From Kiritimatiellia bacterium (lineage in GTDB: Bacteria; Verrucomicrobiota; Kiritimatiellia; PWTM01): a stretch of 58,171 nt of DNA. Below the pieces are notes generated by a model, which worked only from the letters and a program-made list of their open reading frames with translations, made no database searches and had not been told where the DNA came from. Below, in pieces: positions 15,921 through 25,478 of this stretch. The stretch lies in contig JAGOHE010000001.1 in NCBI GenBank assembly GCA_017996315.1, forward strand, positions 1 through 58,171. The letters are read 5' to 3'. The first letter of the stretch is position 1, and the number at the start of each line of letters is the position of its first letter. A program made the position numbers and the translations under genes.

Positions 15921-16885
15921 CCCCGAGGTGGTCCGCGTGGTCCGCATTGACCATGGGCGCCGTGCGCGAAATCCTGCGCCAGCCTATCACCCTCATCCTG
16001 ACCGGCGGTATGGCCGTCGGCATTCTTCTGCTCCCCGCCGTGACCACCCAAACCCTGGGCGAAACCTCCACGGTGGTGCGCGACGGCGCCCTTGCCCTCC
16101 ACCTGTTCTTCGGTGTGCTGCTGGCGGGGCTTTCCGCCTGCCACGGCATGACCGGCGACCTGACGCGCGGCGCGGCGGCGACGGTTTTGAGCAAGCCGGT
16201 CTCGCGCACCGCGTTCCTGCTGTCGCGCTACGCGGCGCTCCTGATCGTCCTGCTCGTGTTCTCCCTCATCGCCACGTTCGAAACCCTCGTGACCGTGCGT
16301 GTGGCGCAGGACGCCTTCCAGCTTGAATGGAAACTCTGGGTTCCCGCGATTCTCGCCCTGCCGGCAGGATGGGCGGTGGCGGCGGCGATCAATTATGTCA
16401 CCCGCCGGCCGTTCCCTTCCGATGCCTTTTTCGCGGTTCTGATCGCGGCGCTGGCCGCCCTGTTGCTCGCGCTCCGGATGCCGCTTCCGGCGACGGATGC
16501 CGCGCCGGGCCCGTCGCTGTTCCCGCCCCTGCTTCCCGTGTGCGCGCTGCTGACTCTGGCGCTGTTCGTGATGGGCGGCATCGCCCTCGCGCTGTCCACA
16601 CGCCTGCCGCCGGTGGCAACGGTGACGTTGTGCAGTGTGATCTTCGTGCTCGGTCTGATGTCCGACTATCTCTTCGGCCGCGCCGCGGATACTTCGGTCG
16701 TGGCGGGGATTCTTCACGCGGCGCTCCCGAATTGGCAGCATTTCTGGCTGGCCGACGCGCTGCACATCAACCGGGACGTCCCCTGGAGCTATGTGGTCTC
16801 GGTGTTGGGCTATGCGGCGTTGTATAGTACCGGCATGCTCTCCATCGCCATCGCCCTGTTTCAGAGCCGGGAGGTGTCCGCATGA
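15917..16885 (+). CDS. ABC-2-type-like polytopic permease (no cognate ATPase nearby)
   Basis: ORF 15851..16885; likely start is the ATG at 15917, which overlaps the upstream stop (ATGA). About 7-8 TM helices. VLSKPVSRTAFLLSRYAALLIVLLVF resembles the ABC-2/NosY-type permease signature. Confidence 0.55.
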   Translation: MTPRWSAWSALTMGAVREILRQPITLILTGGMAVGILLLPAVTTQTLGETSTVVRDGALALHLFFGVLLAGLSACHGMTGDLTRGAAATVLSKPVSRTAFLLSRYAALLIVLLVFSLIATFETLVTVRVAQDAFQLEWKLWVPAILALPAGWAVAAAINYVTRRPFPSDAFFAVLIAALAALLLALRMPLPATDAAPGPSLFPPLLPVCALLTLALFVMGGIALALSTRLPPVATVTLCSVIFVLGLMSDYLFGRAADTSVVAGILHAALPNWQHFWLADALHINRDVPWSYVVSVLGYAALYSTGMLSIAIALFQSREVSA

Positions 16886-18795
16886 CCCCCGGCCGCACCG
16901 CCGAGCGATCCGCCCTGTTCGCCACCGTCGTGGCGCTGGTGGTCCTCGCGCTTGTGGCCGTGGCCCGCGCGCCGGCTGCGCTGACCGGTCCCGGCATGGC
17001 CGTCGCGCTATGGGCCGCGGCGGTGGGCTTGCTGACCGCGCTCCGACTGCGCGCGCATCGCCGCGCCGCGGAAGAGCAACGCGACCTCGCCGTCACGGCC
17101 GGGGATCGTTCCGCGCTGTTCTCCTCCGAAGCCGGGGAGGATCCCTTCTCCGCCGCGCGCGCGCTCCGCTGGATCGAGCGATGGATCGCGCCGGCGTTCG
17201 GACCGCTGGCGGGCGCGGCGCTACTCGTGCTCGGACTCCGCTATGGCCGGGCCCTGCGCGAGGGGCTGGTCGCGTGGCCGGCCGATGGCGTGTCGCTGGG
17301 CGCGGCCGGGCTGCTGGCGACCGCGGCCGCCGGCGCGGCGGTGGTTGCCCGCTATATCGCGGTTCTCTCGCGCGCGCCCGCCCATGCGCCGTTGCGCGCG
17401 CCGGCGTCGGCGCTCGCCGTACTGGCGGCGCTGACGGGTCTGGCCGCCGCGACCGCCGCCGCCGCGGCGTCGGGGATCGCTCGCGCGCTGGCGATCGGCG
17501 CTCATGTCCAATGGATCGGACTCGCCATCCTCGGCGTCGAAAGTCTGCTGGTCTCCGTGGCCCGATTCTACCGTCCGGCCGCGCGCGCCGGCGTATCCGG
17601 CCTCGCCGCGCGGTTCGATTCCCCGATCGGCATGGCGCTGGCCGATCCTTCGCGCGCTCTGCGTCCGGCGGCGGAGTCGGTGGATTATCAGCTCGGGTTC
17701 CGCGCGTCGCAGACGTGGTGGTACCAGTTTGCCGTGCGCGCGCTGTTGCCGCTGGCGGTGTTCCAGGCGCTGGTGCTTTACGGACTTTCATGCGTGGTCG
17801 TTCTCGGCCCCGAGGAACAGGGCATCCGCGAGCGGCTCGGCCGCCCGCTGCCGGATGACGCGGGGGGCCGGCTCCTGTCCGGCCTGCATTTCAAAGCGCC
17901 GTGGCCGTTCGAAACCGTGCGCCGGTTCCCGGTGCAGCGGGTGCAGCGGTTTGACGCGGGATTTGCGCTTGCGGACGACGCGCCGCCGAGGGAAATGCTG
18001 TGGGCGCGACCGCATTTCGCGAGCGAGGACCGGTTCCTGACGCCCTCCCGCGACGCCTCGGGCGGACCCGGCGGCGCCGCGCCGGTGAACCTGCTTTCGG
18101 TGAACCTGCCCGTGCTGTACCAGGTCACCGACCTGCGCGCGTGGCTCTATGGCCATCGCAATCCCGCCGCGCTGCTGCGCGAGCTGGCGTACCGGGCGGT
18201 GACCCGCGAAGCGGCGGGGCGCGAGCTGGACGACATCCTCGGCGCGGGTCAGCGCGCGTTCGAATCCGCCCTGCGCGACCGTCTGCAACGCGACGCGCAT
18301 GCGATGAATCTCGGCGTGGAGATTCGATTCGTCGGATTGAACGGCGTGCATCCGCCGGTGCCGGTCGTCGCGGAGTACGAGGCCGTCTCGGGCTCGATCG
18401 AGGAGCGCGAGGCGCTGCGGCTCGACGGCCTGGCCTACGCCGTGGCGCGCGTGCCCCGGGCCGACGCGGAAGCGGCGCGCATGCTCGCCGAAGCCGCCGG
18501 CGAATCCGCGCGGCGGTCGGCGTCGGCCCGCGCCGAGGCCGATAGTTTCGAGCGTCGCCGCAGCGCCGAGCGCGAGGCTCCGGAGGTGTTCCGCGGCCGG
18601 GCCTATCTCGACGCGCTCGCGCGCGCGCTGCGCGGCGCCCGGCTGTATGTCGTCGCCACACGCGCGGACCAGGAAATCATCCAGTTCAATTTCGAAGACC
18701 GCACCCCCTCCTCGCTGTTCGATTGGAGCCCGCCGGCGCCCGCCGCGGGCCGAAGCACAGGCGGCGGCGCGGACGACCCGGGAGAGACCCGATGA
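16882..18795 (+). CDS. membrane protein: ~300-aa polytopic N-terminal region fused to an SPFH/band-7 (HflK/C-like) domain
   Basis: 637-aa ORF, ATGA overlap at both ends. SPFH core begins VVVLGPEEQGIRERLGRP...GLHFKAPWPFETVRRFPVQRVQ. C-terminal Ala/Arg/Glu-rich helical region. Confidence 0.75.
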   Translation: MTPGRTAERSALFATVVALVVLALVAVARAPAALTGPGMAVALWAAAVGLLTALRLRAHRRAAEEQRDLAVTAGDRSALFSSEAGEDPFSAARALRWIERWIAPAFGPLAGAALLVLGLRYGRALREGLVAWPADGVSLGAAGLLATAAAGAAVVARYIAVLSRAPAHAPLRAPASALAVLAALTGLAAATAAAAASGIARALAIGAHVQWIGLAILGVESLLVSVARFYRPAARAGVSGLAARFDSPIGMALADPSRALRPAAESVDYQLGFRASQTWWYQFAVRALLPLAVFQALVLYGLSCVVVLGPEEQGIRERLGRPLPDDAGGRLLSGLHFKAPWPFETVRRFPVQRVQRFDAGFALADDAPPREMLWARPHFASEDRFLTPSRDASGGPGGAAPVNLLSVNLPVLYQVTDLRAWLYGHRNPAALLRELAYRAVTREAAGRELDDILGAGQRAFESALRDRLQRDAHAMNLGVEIRFVGLNGVHPPVPVVAEYEAVSGSIEEREALRLDGLAYAVARVPRADAEAARMLAEAAGESARRSASARAEADSFERRRSAEREAPEVFRGRAYLDALARALRGARLYVVATRADQEIIQFNFEDRTPSSLFDWSPPAPAAGRSTGGGADDPGETR

Positions 18796-19712
18796 ATTCC
18801 AAACGCGCATGGATGCTGGCGCTGGGACTCGCCCTCGCGGCGTTGTTCGCGCTCAACCAGATCATTCTCATCGTGCATGAAGGCGAAGCGGTGGTGATGA
18901 CGACCTTCGGCCGTCCCGCCGCGAACCCCCTGACCGAGCCCGGATTGTATGTGCGCTGGCCGTGGCCGGTGCAGGCCGCGCATCGCATGGACACCCGCTG
19001 GCACACGCTGGAAGGCCCGCTGGAGCAGACCCTGACGAAGGACGGTCGCACGGTCATCGTCGCCCTGTTCGCCGGATGGCGCGTGGAGGATCCGATCGCC
19101 TTTCTGCTGCGCGTGGGCACGGAGTCCGCGGCGGAGCGGAATCTCGCGGGTCTTCTCGCCAATGCCCGAAATACCGTGCTGGGCGAACACCCGTTTTCAG
19201 CGCTGGTGAACACCGACGCCTCGGCGCTGATGTTCGACGACATCGAGCGCCGCATCCTGGAGCTGGCGCGGGAGGAAGCCCGGCGCAGCTATGGCATTGA
19301 ACTCACCGCGGTGGGAATCCGCCGTCTCGGCCTGCCCGAGAGCATCACCGAGCAGGTCTACCGGCGCATGCGGGCGGAACGCAACGCCGTGGCCGAAGGC
19401 TTCCGCGCGGAAGGCGCGCGCGAAGCCGCGCGCATTCGCGCCGAAGCGGACCGCGAGCGCGAGGAACGCATCGCGCAGGCGGAAGCCGAAGCCCGCCGGA
19501 TTCGCGCCGAGGGCGAAGCCGAAGCGGCGGACGCCTATCGCGCCTTCGCGGAGGACCCCGAGTTCGCGATGTTCCTGCGCAAACTCGACGTGCTGGAAGA
19601 GGTGCTGGGCGAACGCGCCACGGTGGTGCTGGGCTCGGAGGCGGAGCCGTTCGATCTGCTTTCGGCGCCGTCGGCGGACACAACCCGCGCCGGGAAAGAC
19701 ACGACGCCGTGA
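18792..19712 (+). CDS. SPFH/band-7 protein, HflC-like
   Basis: ORF 18723..19712; start ATG at 18792 overlaps the upstream stop. MNSKRAWMLALGLALAALFALNQIILIVHEGEAVVMTTFGRP...GLYVRWPWPVQ, followed by a coiled-coil EA-rich tail. Confidence 0.8.
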   Translation: MNSKRAWMLALGLALAALFALNQIILIVHEGEAVVMTTFGRPAANPLTEPGLYVRWPWPVQAAHRMDTRWHTLEGPLEQTLTKDGRTVIVALFAGWRVEDPIAFLLRVGTESAAERNLAGLLANARNTVLGEHPFSALVNTDASALMFDDIERRILELAREEARRSYGIELTAVGIRRLGLPESITEQVYRRMRAERNAVAEGFRAEGAREAARIRAEADREREERIAQAEAEARRIRAEGEAEAADAYRAFAEDPEFAMFLRKLDVLEEVLGERATVVLGSEAEPFDLLSAPSADTTRAGKDTTP

Positions 19713-20761
19713 GCGAACCCGTCCATCCTTCGCCCGACGCCTCCGCATCGCCGGCCGCGCACGCGACGTCCGAAGCCCTGCGCGCGGCGGCGCTGGGCCT
19801 GCGCGCGCTGATGTGGCTCCTGCTGCCCGCGTACCTGCTCTCCGGGCTGAAGGTCGTGCGGCAGGATCAGATGGCGGTGGTGACCGTCTGGGGACGCGCG
19901 CAGGCGGTGTGGTCCCCGGGTATCCACTGGACCTGGCCCCGGCCGATCTCCGAAATACGCGCCATCAACATGTCCACGGTGCGCTCGATGGACCATCTGC
20001 CCGCGCCGGAACTCCTCGACGATCCATCCGCGCCGCCGCCGATCGAAGCGGACGCCTGGTCGAACCTCCTGCTCACGGGCGATGCGCATCTGGTCCGCGC
20101 ACACTGGCGCCTTCGCTACCGGCTGGCGGATGCGGAGGCATGGCTATTGCGCTGGAAAGATCCCGAAGCGCGGTTGCGAATGGAGTTCGCGCATGCGGTC
20201 ACGCGGGTCATGGCGGGGCAACCGGTGGACGCGGCGCTGCGCACGGACGTGGAAACCATCCGCGCGCGCATCGCCGAGGATCTCGACCGGCGGGTGACCG
20301 AGGCCGGACTCGGGGCGCTGGTGGAGCGCGTCGAAGCCGTGTCGCTGCGCCCTCCGCCGGCGGTCGAGCGGGCGTTCGAGCAGGTTATCGTCGCGGAGAA
20401 CGAGCGCAGCGAACAGATGAACGCGGCCCGCGGCTACGCGGCCCGCGCGCGCGAGGAGTCTCTGGGCGAAGTATCGCGCGTCACCGCCGCCGCGCAGGCC
20501 GACCGCATTCGAACCCTCGCTTCGGCGCGCGCCGACGCCCGGTATTTTGAGCGCCTGTTGCCCGAGTACCGCGCCCGGCCCGGGCTGATCCGCAACACGC
20601 TGTGGCAGGAAACGATTCGCCGGCTGGCGCCGCGTTTGAAAGACCGGTACGTGCTGCCCCCCGGCGCGGGACCCCGTGAACTGCGGCTCTATCTCGGGCC
20701 GGAAGCTCACGCCCCCCGGTTGCGGACCCCGCCCGCCGGCGAGCCGGAGAACGCGCCCTGA
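19709..20761 (+). CDS. SPFH/band-7 protein, HflK-like
   Basis: 350-aa ORF with a GTG start overlapping the upstream stop (GTGA). One TM, then LKVVRQDQMAVVTVWGRAQAVWSPGIHWTWPRPISEI and an SPFH core. Confidence 0.75.
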   Translation: MSEPVHPSPDASASPAAHATSEALRAAALGLRALMWLLLPAYLLSGLKVVRQDQMAVVTVWGRAQAVWSPGIHWTWPRPISEIRAINMSTVRSMDHLPAPELLDDPSAPPPIEADAWSNLLLTGDAHLVRAHWRLRYRLADAEAWLLRWKDPEARLRMEFAHAVTRVMAGQPVDAALRTDVETIRARIAEDLDRRVTEAGLGALVERVEAVSLRPPPAVERAFEQVIVAENERSEQMNAARGYAARAREESLGEVSRVTAAAQADRIRTLASARADARYFERLLPEYRARPGLIRNTLWQETIRRLAPRLKDRYVLPPGAGPRELRLYLGPEAHAPRLRTPPAGEPENAP

Positions 20762-22674
20762 TGCCCGCCGATCCACATGACACCTCCGCTTCCGGCCATC
20801 CGGGACACCGCCACGCGCATCCGCGGGGAGCGGCCCGCCTGTTGGGCTGGGTGCTGCTCGGCGCGGCCTTTGTAATCGGCGGCTTCGTCGCGCGATGGAT
20901 GTATCCGGCCAATCCGATGGCGGCCGAGTTTTCGGCGGCCATTGGCGCGCTGATGATGGCCGCGCCCATTCTGATCAACGCCGTGCGCGACCTGTGGCGC
21001 GGTCATACACACATCGATGAACTCGTCGCGCTGGCCGTGCTGGCCTCCATCGCGCAGGGCGATTTTCACACGGCCGGGGTGATCGCGTTTTTCATGCTCC
21101 TGTCGGTCGTCATCGAAACCCGAACCGCCGAAGGCGCGCACGCGGCGATTGAAAGTCTGGTCCGCCTGACGCCCGCCACCGCCCGGCGCATCGGCGCGGA
21201 CGGCACGGAAACCTCCACCCCCGCCTCCGAGCTGCGTCCCGGCGACCGGATCCGGCTGCGTCCCGGCGACCAGGTACCCGCCGATGCTGTGCTCTCGGAG
21301 GGCCGCACGACGCTGAACGAAGCGACCGTGACGGGCGAATCGCTTCCGGCGGAAAAGGGACCCGGCGATGAAATCTTTGCGGGGACGCAGAACCTGACCG
21401 GCGCGTGCGTCGCCGAAGTCCTGCGAGCCGGAGAAGACACCACCATCGGCCGCGTGCGCCAGTTGATCCTCGCCGCGGAAGGCACCCGCCTCCCCTTCAC
21501 GCGCATCATTGACCGGTATGTGGGGTATTACACGCCGCTGGTGCTGGCGATCGCGGCGCTGGTGTGGTTCTTCACCGGCAGTTGGAGCCGCGTCGTGTCG
21601 GTGCTGGTGGTGTCCTGCCCGTGCGCGCTGATCCTCGCGACGCCAACGGCCATGGTGGCGGCCTTGTCGGCGGCGGCGCGGATGGGCATCCTGATCAAGC
21701 ACGTGGCCGATCTCGAGGCCTGCTCGCGCATCACCGCCTTCGTGTTCGACAAGACGGGAACGCTGACGCATGGCCGGCTGGCCGTGGCGCGTATGGCGCC
21801 GGCCGATGGGGTGCGCCCGAGCGAACTGCTGGCCGCGGCCGCCGGAGCGGAACAGCACAGCCACCATCCGGTCGCCCGCGCGCTCGTTCGACTGGCCGGG
21901 GAATCGGGCGTGCCGCTGGCCGCGTCGGCCGATGTGCACGAGGAATCGGGCCGGGGGGTGCGCGCGCTCGTGGACGGCGTTCAGGTACGGGTGGGCCGCT
22001 CGTCGTGGATTCGCGAGGAGGGCGGCGCAGCGCCCGACGACACCGGAGCGACCGACGCGGGCATGAGCGTGGTGCATGTCGAGGCGGGCGGGCGCTATCT
22101 GGGCCGGATCGCGCTGCAGGATGAAATTCGACCGGAATCGCGGCCCTGCCTCGAAACGCTGGCCGGTCTCGGCATACGGCGGACGGCCATGTTCACCGGC
22201 GACCGCGCGTCGGTCGCCCAATCGGTCGCCAACGCGATCGGCGTTCCCGAACTGCGCGCCGAGTGCCTGCCGCAGGCCAAGGTGGATTTTGTGCGCGAGA
22301 TTCGCTCCGCGGGTCATCGCGTGGCGGTCGTCGGCGACGGTGTCAACGACGCCCCTGCCCTGGCGGCGGGAGATATCAGCATCGCCATGGGCGCGGCGGG
22401 CAGCGATGCGGCGATCCACAGTTCGACCATCGCGCTGATGAACAACGATCTGAACCGGATTCCGTTCCTGTTGCGGCTCAGCCGGAATACGCGCGCGGTG
22501 ACGGTGCAGAATATCGCGGTGGGGCTGGCATTCATCGTATTCGGGCTGGCGCTCAGCAGCGCCGGCAAGATTCATCCGATCGTCGCGGCGCTCCTGCACA
22601 ACGCGGGATCGCTGGTGGTGATTTTCAACAGCGGCCGGCTGGTCCGCTCGTCCGCGGCCGACCCCGCGGGCTGA
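20761..22674 (+). CDS. heavy-metal-translocating P1B-type ATPase (Zn/Cd/Co-like CPC type), no HMA domain, His-rich N-terminus
   Basis: 637-aa ORF. Motifs SCPCALILATP, FDKTGTLTHG, VGDGVNDAPALAAGDISIAMG. N-terminus SGHPGHRHAHP. Its start overlaps the upstream stop by 1 nt. Confidence 0.9.
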   Translation: MPADPHDTSASGHPGHRHAHPRGAARLLGWVLLGAAFVIGGFVARWMYPANPMAAEFSAAIGALMMAAPILINAVRDLWRGHTHIDELVALAVLASIAQGDFHTAGVIAFFMLLSVVIETRTAEGAHAAIESLVRLTPATARRIGADGTETSTPASELRPGDRIRLRPGDQVPADAVLSEGRTTLNEATVTGESLPAEKGPGDEIFAGTQNLTGACVAEVLRAGEDTTIGRVRQLILAAEGTRLPFTRIIDRYVGYYTPLVLAIAALVWFFTGSWSRVVSVLVVSCPCALILATPTAMVAALSAAARMGILIKHVADLEACSRITAFVFDKTGTLTHGRLAVARMAPADGVRPSELLAAAAGAEQHSHHPVARALVRLAGESGVPLAASADVHEESGRGVRALVDGVQVRVGRSSWIREEGGAAPDDTGATDAGMSVVHVEAGGRYLGRIALQDEIRPESRPCLETLAGLGIRRTAMFTGDRASVAQSVANAIGVPELRAECLPQAKVDFVREIRSAGHRVAVVGDGVNDAPALAAGDISIAMGAAGSDAAIHSSTIALMNNDLNRIPFLLRLSRNTRAVTVQNIAVGLAFIVFGLALSSAGKIHPIVAALLHNAGSLVVIFNSGRLVRSSAADPAG

Positions 22675-22723
22675 GCCCACCTTTACCTTTATTTTCCCCG
22701 GTCTTGGTTTATCATCCCCCGCA

Positions 22724-23899
22724 ATGAGCGCGTGGATGCGATATCGAATTCTTGCCGCTTCGGTGGCGATTCAGATATGTCTGGGCGGGGTCTACGCGTG
22801 GAGCGTGTTCGCGGTGGCGCTGGACCGTGAGTTGGTCATTCACGCCGAACGATCAGGTTTTATTTTCGGGCTCACCATCGCCGTCTTCACCCTGACGATG
22901 ATTCCCGCCGGACGTCTGTTGAGCCGGAGCGGACCGCGTGTGATGATGGCGCTCAGCGGCGGACTGTTTGCCGCGGGATATCTTTGGGCGGGATACCGCG
23001 GCGATTTCCCCGGTCTGGTGCTGGGGATCGGTGTCCTCGCGGGGATGGGCATCGGGTGCGGCTACGTGGTACCGCTGGCGACGTGCACCCGGTGGTTTCC
23101 GGACAAACTCGGCATGGTCATCGGTCTGGCCGTGGCTGGATTCGGCGCGGGCGGCATCGTCTTGAGCGGCGCGGTCGAGCACGCGCTGGAAGCCGGCGTG
23201 GCGGTTACCCGGATATTCCAGTGGATTGGCATTGGATATGGCGCCCTCATCGCGCTCGCGGGATCGCTTCTATGTTTTCCGCCCCGCGCCGGCTCCGCCT
23301 CTCACGCACCCGTGGCGCTGGGATGGACACGGATGACGCCGTTGATGCTGGGAATTTTCGCGGGCAGTTTCGGGGGCCTGCTCATCATCGGGCACTTGGA
23401 CTCGATCGCGTTGGACGCGGGTTTGCCACAGGCCGGATCCGCCCGCGCCGTGATGTGGTTCGCCGCGGGCAACGCCGCCGGCCGGATTCTTTGGGGAATT
23501 TTCTACGACCGCGCGGGCCGGGCGATGTTGCCGGTTTCGCTGGGCGCGCTGGCGGTGTGTATTGCGTCGCTCGCGCTCGTCCGCCATGCGCCGGGACTGA
23601 TGTCGTTATCCGCCGCCGCGGTCGGGTTCGGATTCGGCGGATGTTTCGTGCTGTACGCCACCGACCTGTCCCGCCGGCATGGCGCGGCGGTCATGACGCG
23701 CATGTATCCGTGGGTGTTTCTCTTTTACGGCCTCGCCGCCCTGATCGCGCCCGGGCTGGGCGGATATCTGAGGCTCGCGCACGGGCGATACCTGGAAGCG
23801 ATCCTGCTCGCCGCCGCCGTGCCGGCGGGGGCCGCCCTGCTGTTTCCGCCAATCCTGCGGCGCGCGGATCCAAGTCCTCCGCCGGCCGCGCGCGATTAG
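22724..23899 (+). CDS. MFS transporter (oxalate/formate antiporter-like family)
   Basis: 391-aa ORF with 12 predicted hydrophobic helices. N-terminus YRILAASVAIQICLGGVYAWSVF is typical of the OFA-type MFS family. Confidence 0.75.
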   Translation: MSAWMRYRILAASVAIQICLGGVYAWSVFAVALDRELVIHAERSGFIFGLTIAVFTLTMIPAGRLLSRSGPRVMMALSGGLFAAGYLWAGYRGDFPGLVLGIGVLAGMGIGCGYVVPLATCTRWFPDKLGMVIGLAVAGFGAGGIVLSGAVEHALEAGVAVTRIFQWIGIGYGALIALAGSLLCFPPRAGSASHAPVALGWTRMTPLMLGIFAGSFGGLLIIGHLDSIALDAGLPQAGSARAVMWFAAGNAAGRILWGIFYDRAGRAMLPVSLGALAVCIASLALVRHAPGLMSLSAAAVGFGFGGCFVLYATDLSRRHGAAVMTRMYPWVFLFYGLAALIAPGLGGYLRLAHGRYLEAILLAAAVPAGAALLFPPILRRADPSPPPAARD

Positions 23900-25386
23900 C
23901 CGGACGCGCGCGCGCCGGGCAGTTTCTGGAATCGCGCGTACGCCTCGTCCCATGCCATGGAGAAATTGGGCATGAACGTGGTCACCGGGAACGAACGCCG
24001 GACCAGCGCGCGACCCGCGGCCAGCGACGGAACCGCGCGCGTGGCGATCATCTGCAGGAGAATGTTTCCGGCGGCGGTCGCTTCGACCGGGCCCGCATGG
24101 ACCGGGCGGTTCAGGGCGTCCGCCGTAAACTGATTGAGCGTGATTTCGCGCACCCCTCCGCCCACCACATGCAGCGCGGCATGATGGCGTCCGGTGAGAT
24201 CCTCGAGATGGCCGAAGACTTCGCGATAGCGCAAGGCCAGGCTTTCATAGATCGCCCGGGCCACAGCGCCGCGTGTTGCGGGCGGTTTCTGCCGGGTGCG
24301 GCGGCAATAGGCGGCAATGCGCGCGGGCATGTCGCCCGGGGTGGAGAACACCGGATCGTCGGGATAGATCAACGCCGCGAACGGCTCGGCGGCGAGCGCC
24401 TCGCGCCGCAGGTCCTCGAAGGATACCCGTTCGCCCTGCTGCTCCCATATCCGGCGGCATTCCTGAATCAGCCATAAGCCGCAGATGTTTTTCAGCACGC
24501 GCAGGGTGCCGCAGACTCCGCCTTCGTTGGTGAATCCGTATTGGTAGCTGCGATCGTTGATGATCGGCTTTTTTGTTTCCACGCCCATCAACGACCACGT
24601 GCCGGAGCTGAGATAGGCGAACTCGCCGTCTTCCGCGGGGACAGCGGCAATGGCCGAGGCGGTGTCGTGGCATCCGGGGGCGATGATGGCCAGGCGGCCG
24701 AGTCCGGTTTCCTCTCGCACCGCGGCCTGGAGTTCACCGATCCGCGTGCCGGGCGGAATCAGCGGACAGAAAATGCGCGGGGGCAGGCCCATGCGGCGGA
24801 TCAATCCGCGCGCCCATGTCCGGGTGCGGGCATTCACGAGTTGGCTCGTGCTGGCGATGGTGTACTCGTTGGTGAGCTGTCCGGTCAGCCAATAGTTGAT
24901 GAGGTCGGGCGTAAAAAGAATTCGGCGCGCATGGTCCAGCGCCGGGGCTTTGCGTTTCAACTCGGCCATGAGCTGGAAGATCGTATTGAAAAACATGAAC
25001 TGAATGCCGGTGGTTTCGTAGACCTGACGCCGGGGCACGCGGCGGCAGACTTCGGCCTCCATGCCGTTGGTCCGGGGGTCCCGGTACTGGTGCGGCAACC
25101 CGAGCAATCGTCCGTCGCCGTCCACCAGTCCGAAATCCACGCCCCAGGTGTCGACCCCGGCGCTCACGATGCGGGCCCCGTGTTTGCGTCCCGCTTCCAT
25201 CAATCCTTTCTTGATGTCTGAAAACAATCCGACCAGATCCCAGTGGAACGACTCCCCAATCCGATGCCCGCCGTTGGGGAATCGGTGGATTTCTTCGAGT
25301 TCGATGTTCTTCCCGTCAAACACTCCGGCGATCACTCGTCCGCTGGAGGCGCCGAGATCAATGGCCAAATACACCCGTGATTTCAT
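23896..25386 (-). CDS. rhaB: rhamnulokinase (FGGY carbohydrate kinase family)
   Basis: ORF 23896..25434; likely start is the ATG at 25386 (MKSRVYLAIDLGASSGRVIAGVFDGKNIELEEIHRFPNGG, close to the E. coli RhaB N-terminus). FGGY C-terminal motif HVVGGG. Confidence 0.75.
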   Translation of the reverse strand: MKSRVYLAIDLGASSGRVIAGVFDGKNIELEEIHRFPNGGHRIGESFHWDLVGLFSDIKKGLMEAGRKHGARIVSAGVDTWGVDFGLVDGDGRLLGLPHQYRDPRTNGMEAEVCRRVPRRQVYETTGIQFMFFNTIFQLMAELKRKAPALDHARRILFTPDLINYWLTGQLTNEYTIASTSQLVNARTRTWARGLIRRMGLPPRIFCPLIPPGTRIGELQAAVREETGLGRLAIIAPGCHDTASAIAAVPAEDGEFAYLSSGTWSLMGVETKKPIINDRSYQYGFTNEGGVCGTLRVLKNICGLWLIQECRRIWEQQGERVSFEDLRREALAAEPFAALIYPDDPVFSTPGDMPARIAAYCRRTRQKPPATRGAVARAIYESLALRYREVFGHLEDLTGRHHAALHVVGGGVREITLNQFTADALNRPVHAGPVEATAAGNILLQMIATRAVPSLAAGRALVRRSFPVTTFMPNFSMAWDEAYARFQKLPGARASG

Positions 25387-25478
25387 GGCATGTGTTCTCC
25401 TGAAAATAGCCCGCGTATCATCTTCCCCAATCATCCGCCCGGCGGAAAGCGCCGAATGCGGTACTCCGGCTCCGCCGT

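Noticed and set aside
20707-22680. 657-aa ORF on the minus strand
   Set aside because: It is antisense to the P1B-ATPase gene, whose CPC, DKTGT and GDGVNDAP motifs are unambiguous on the plus strand.
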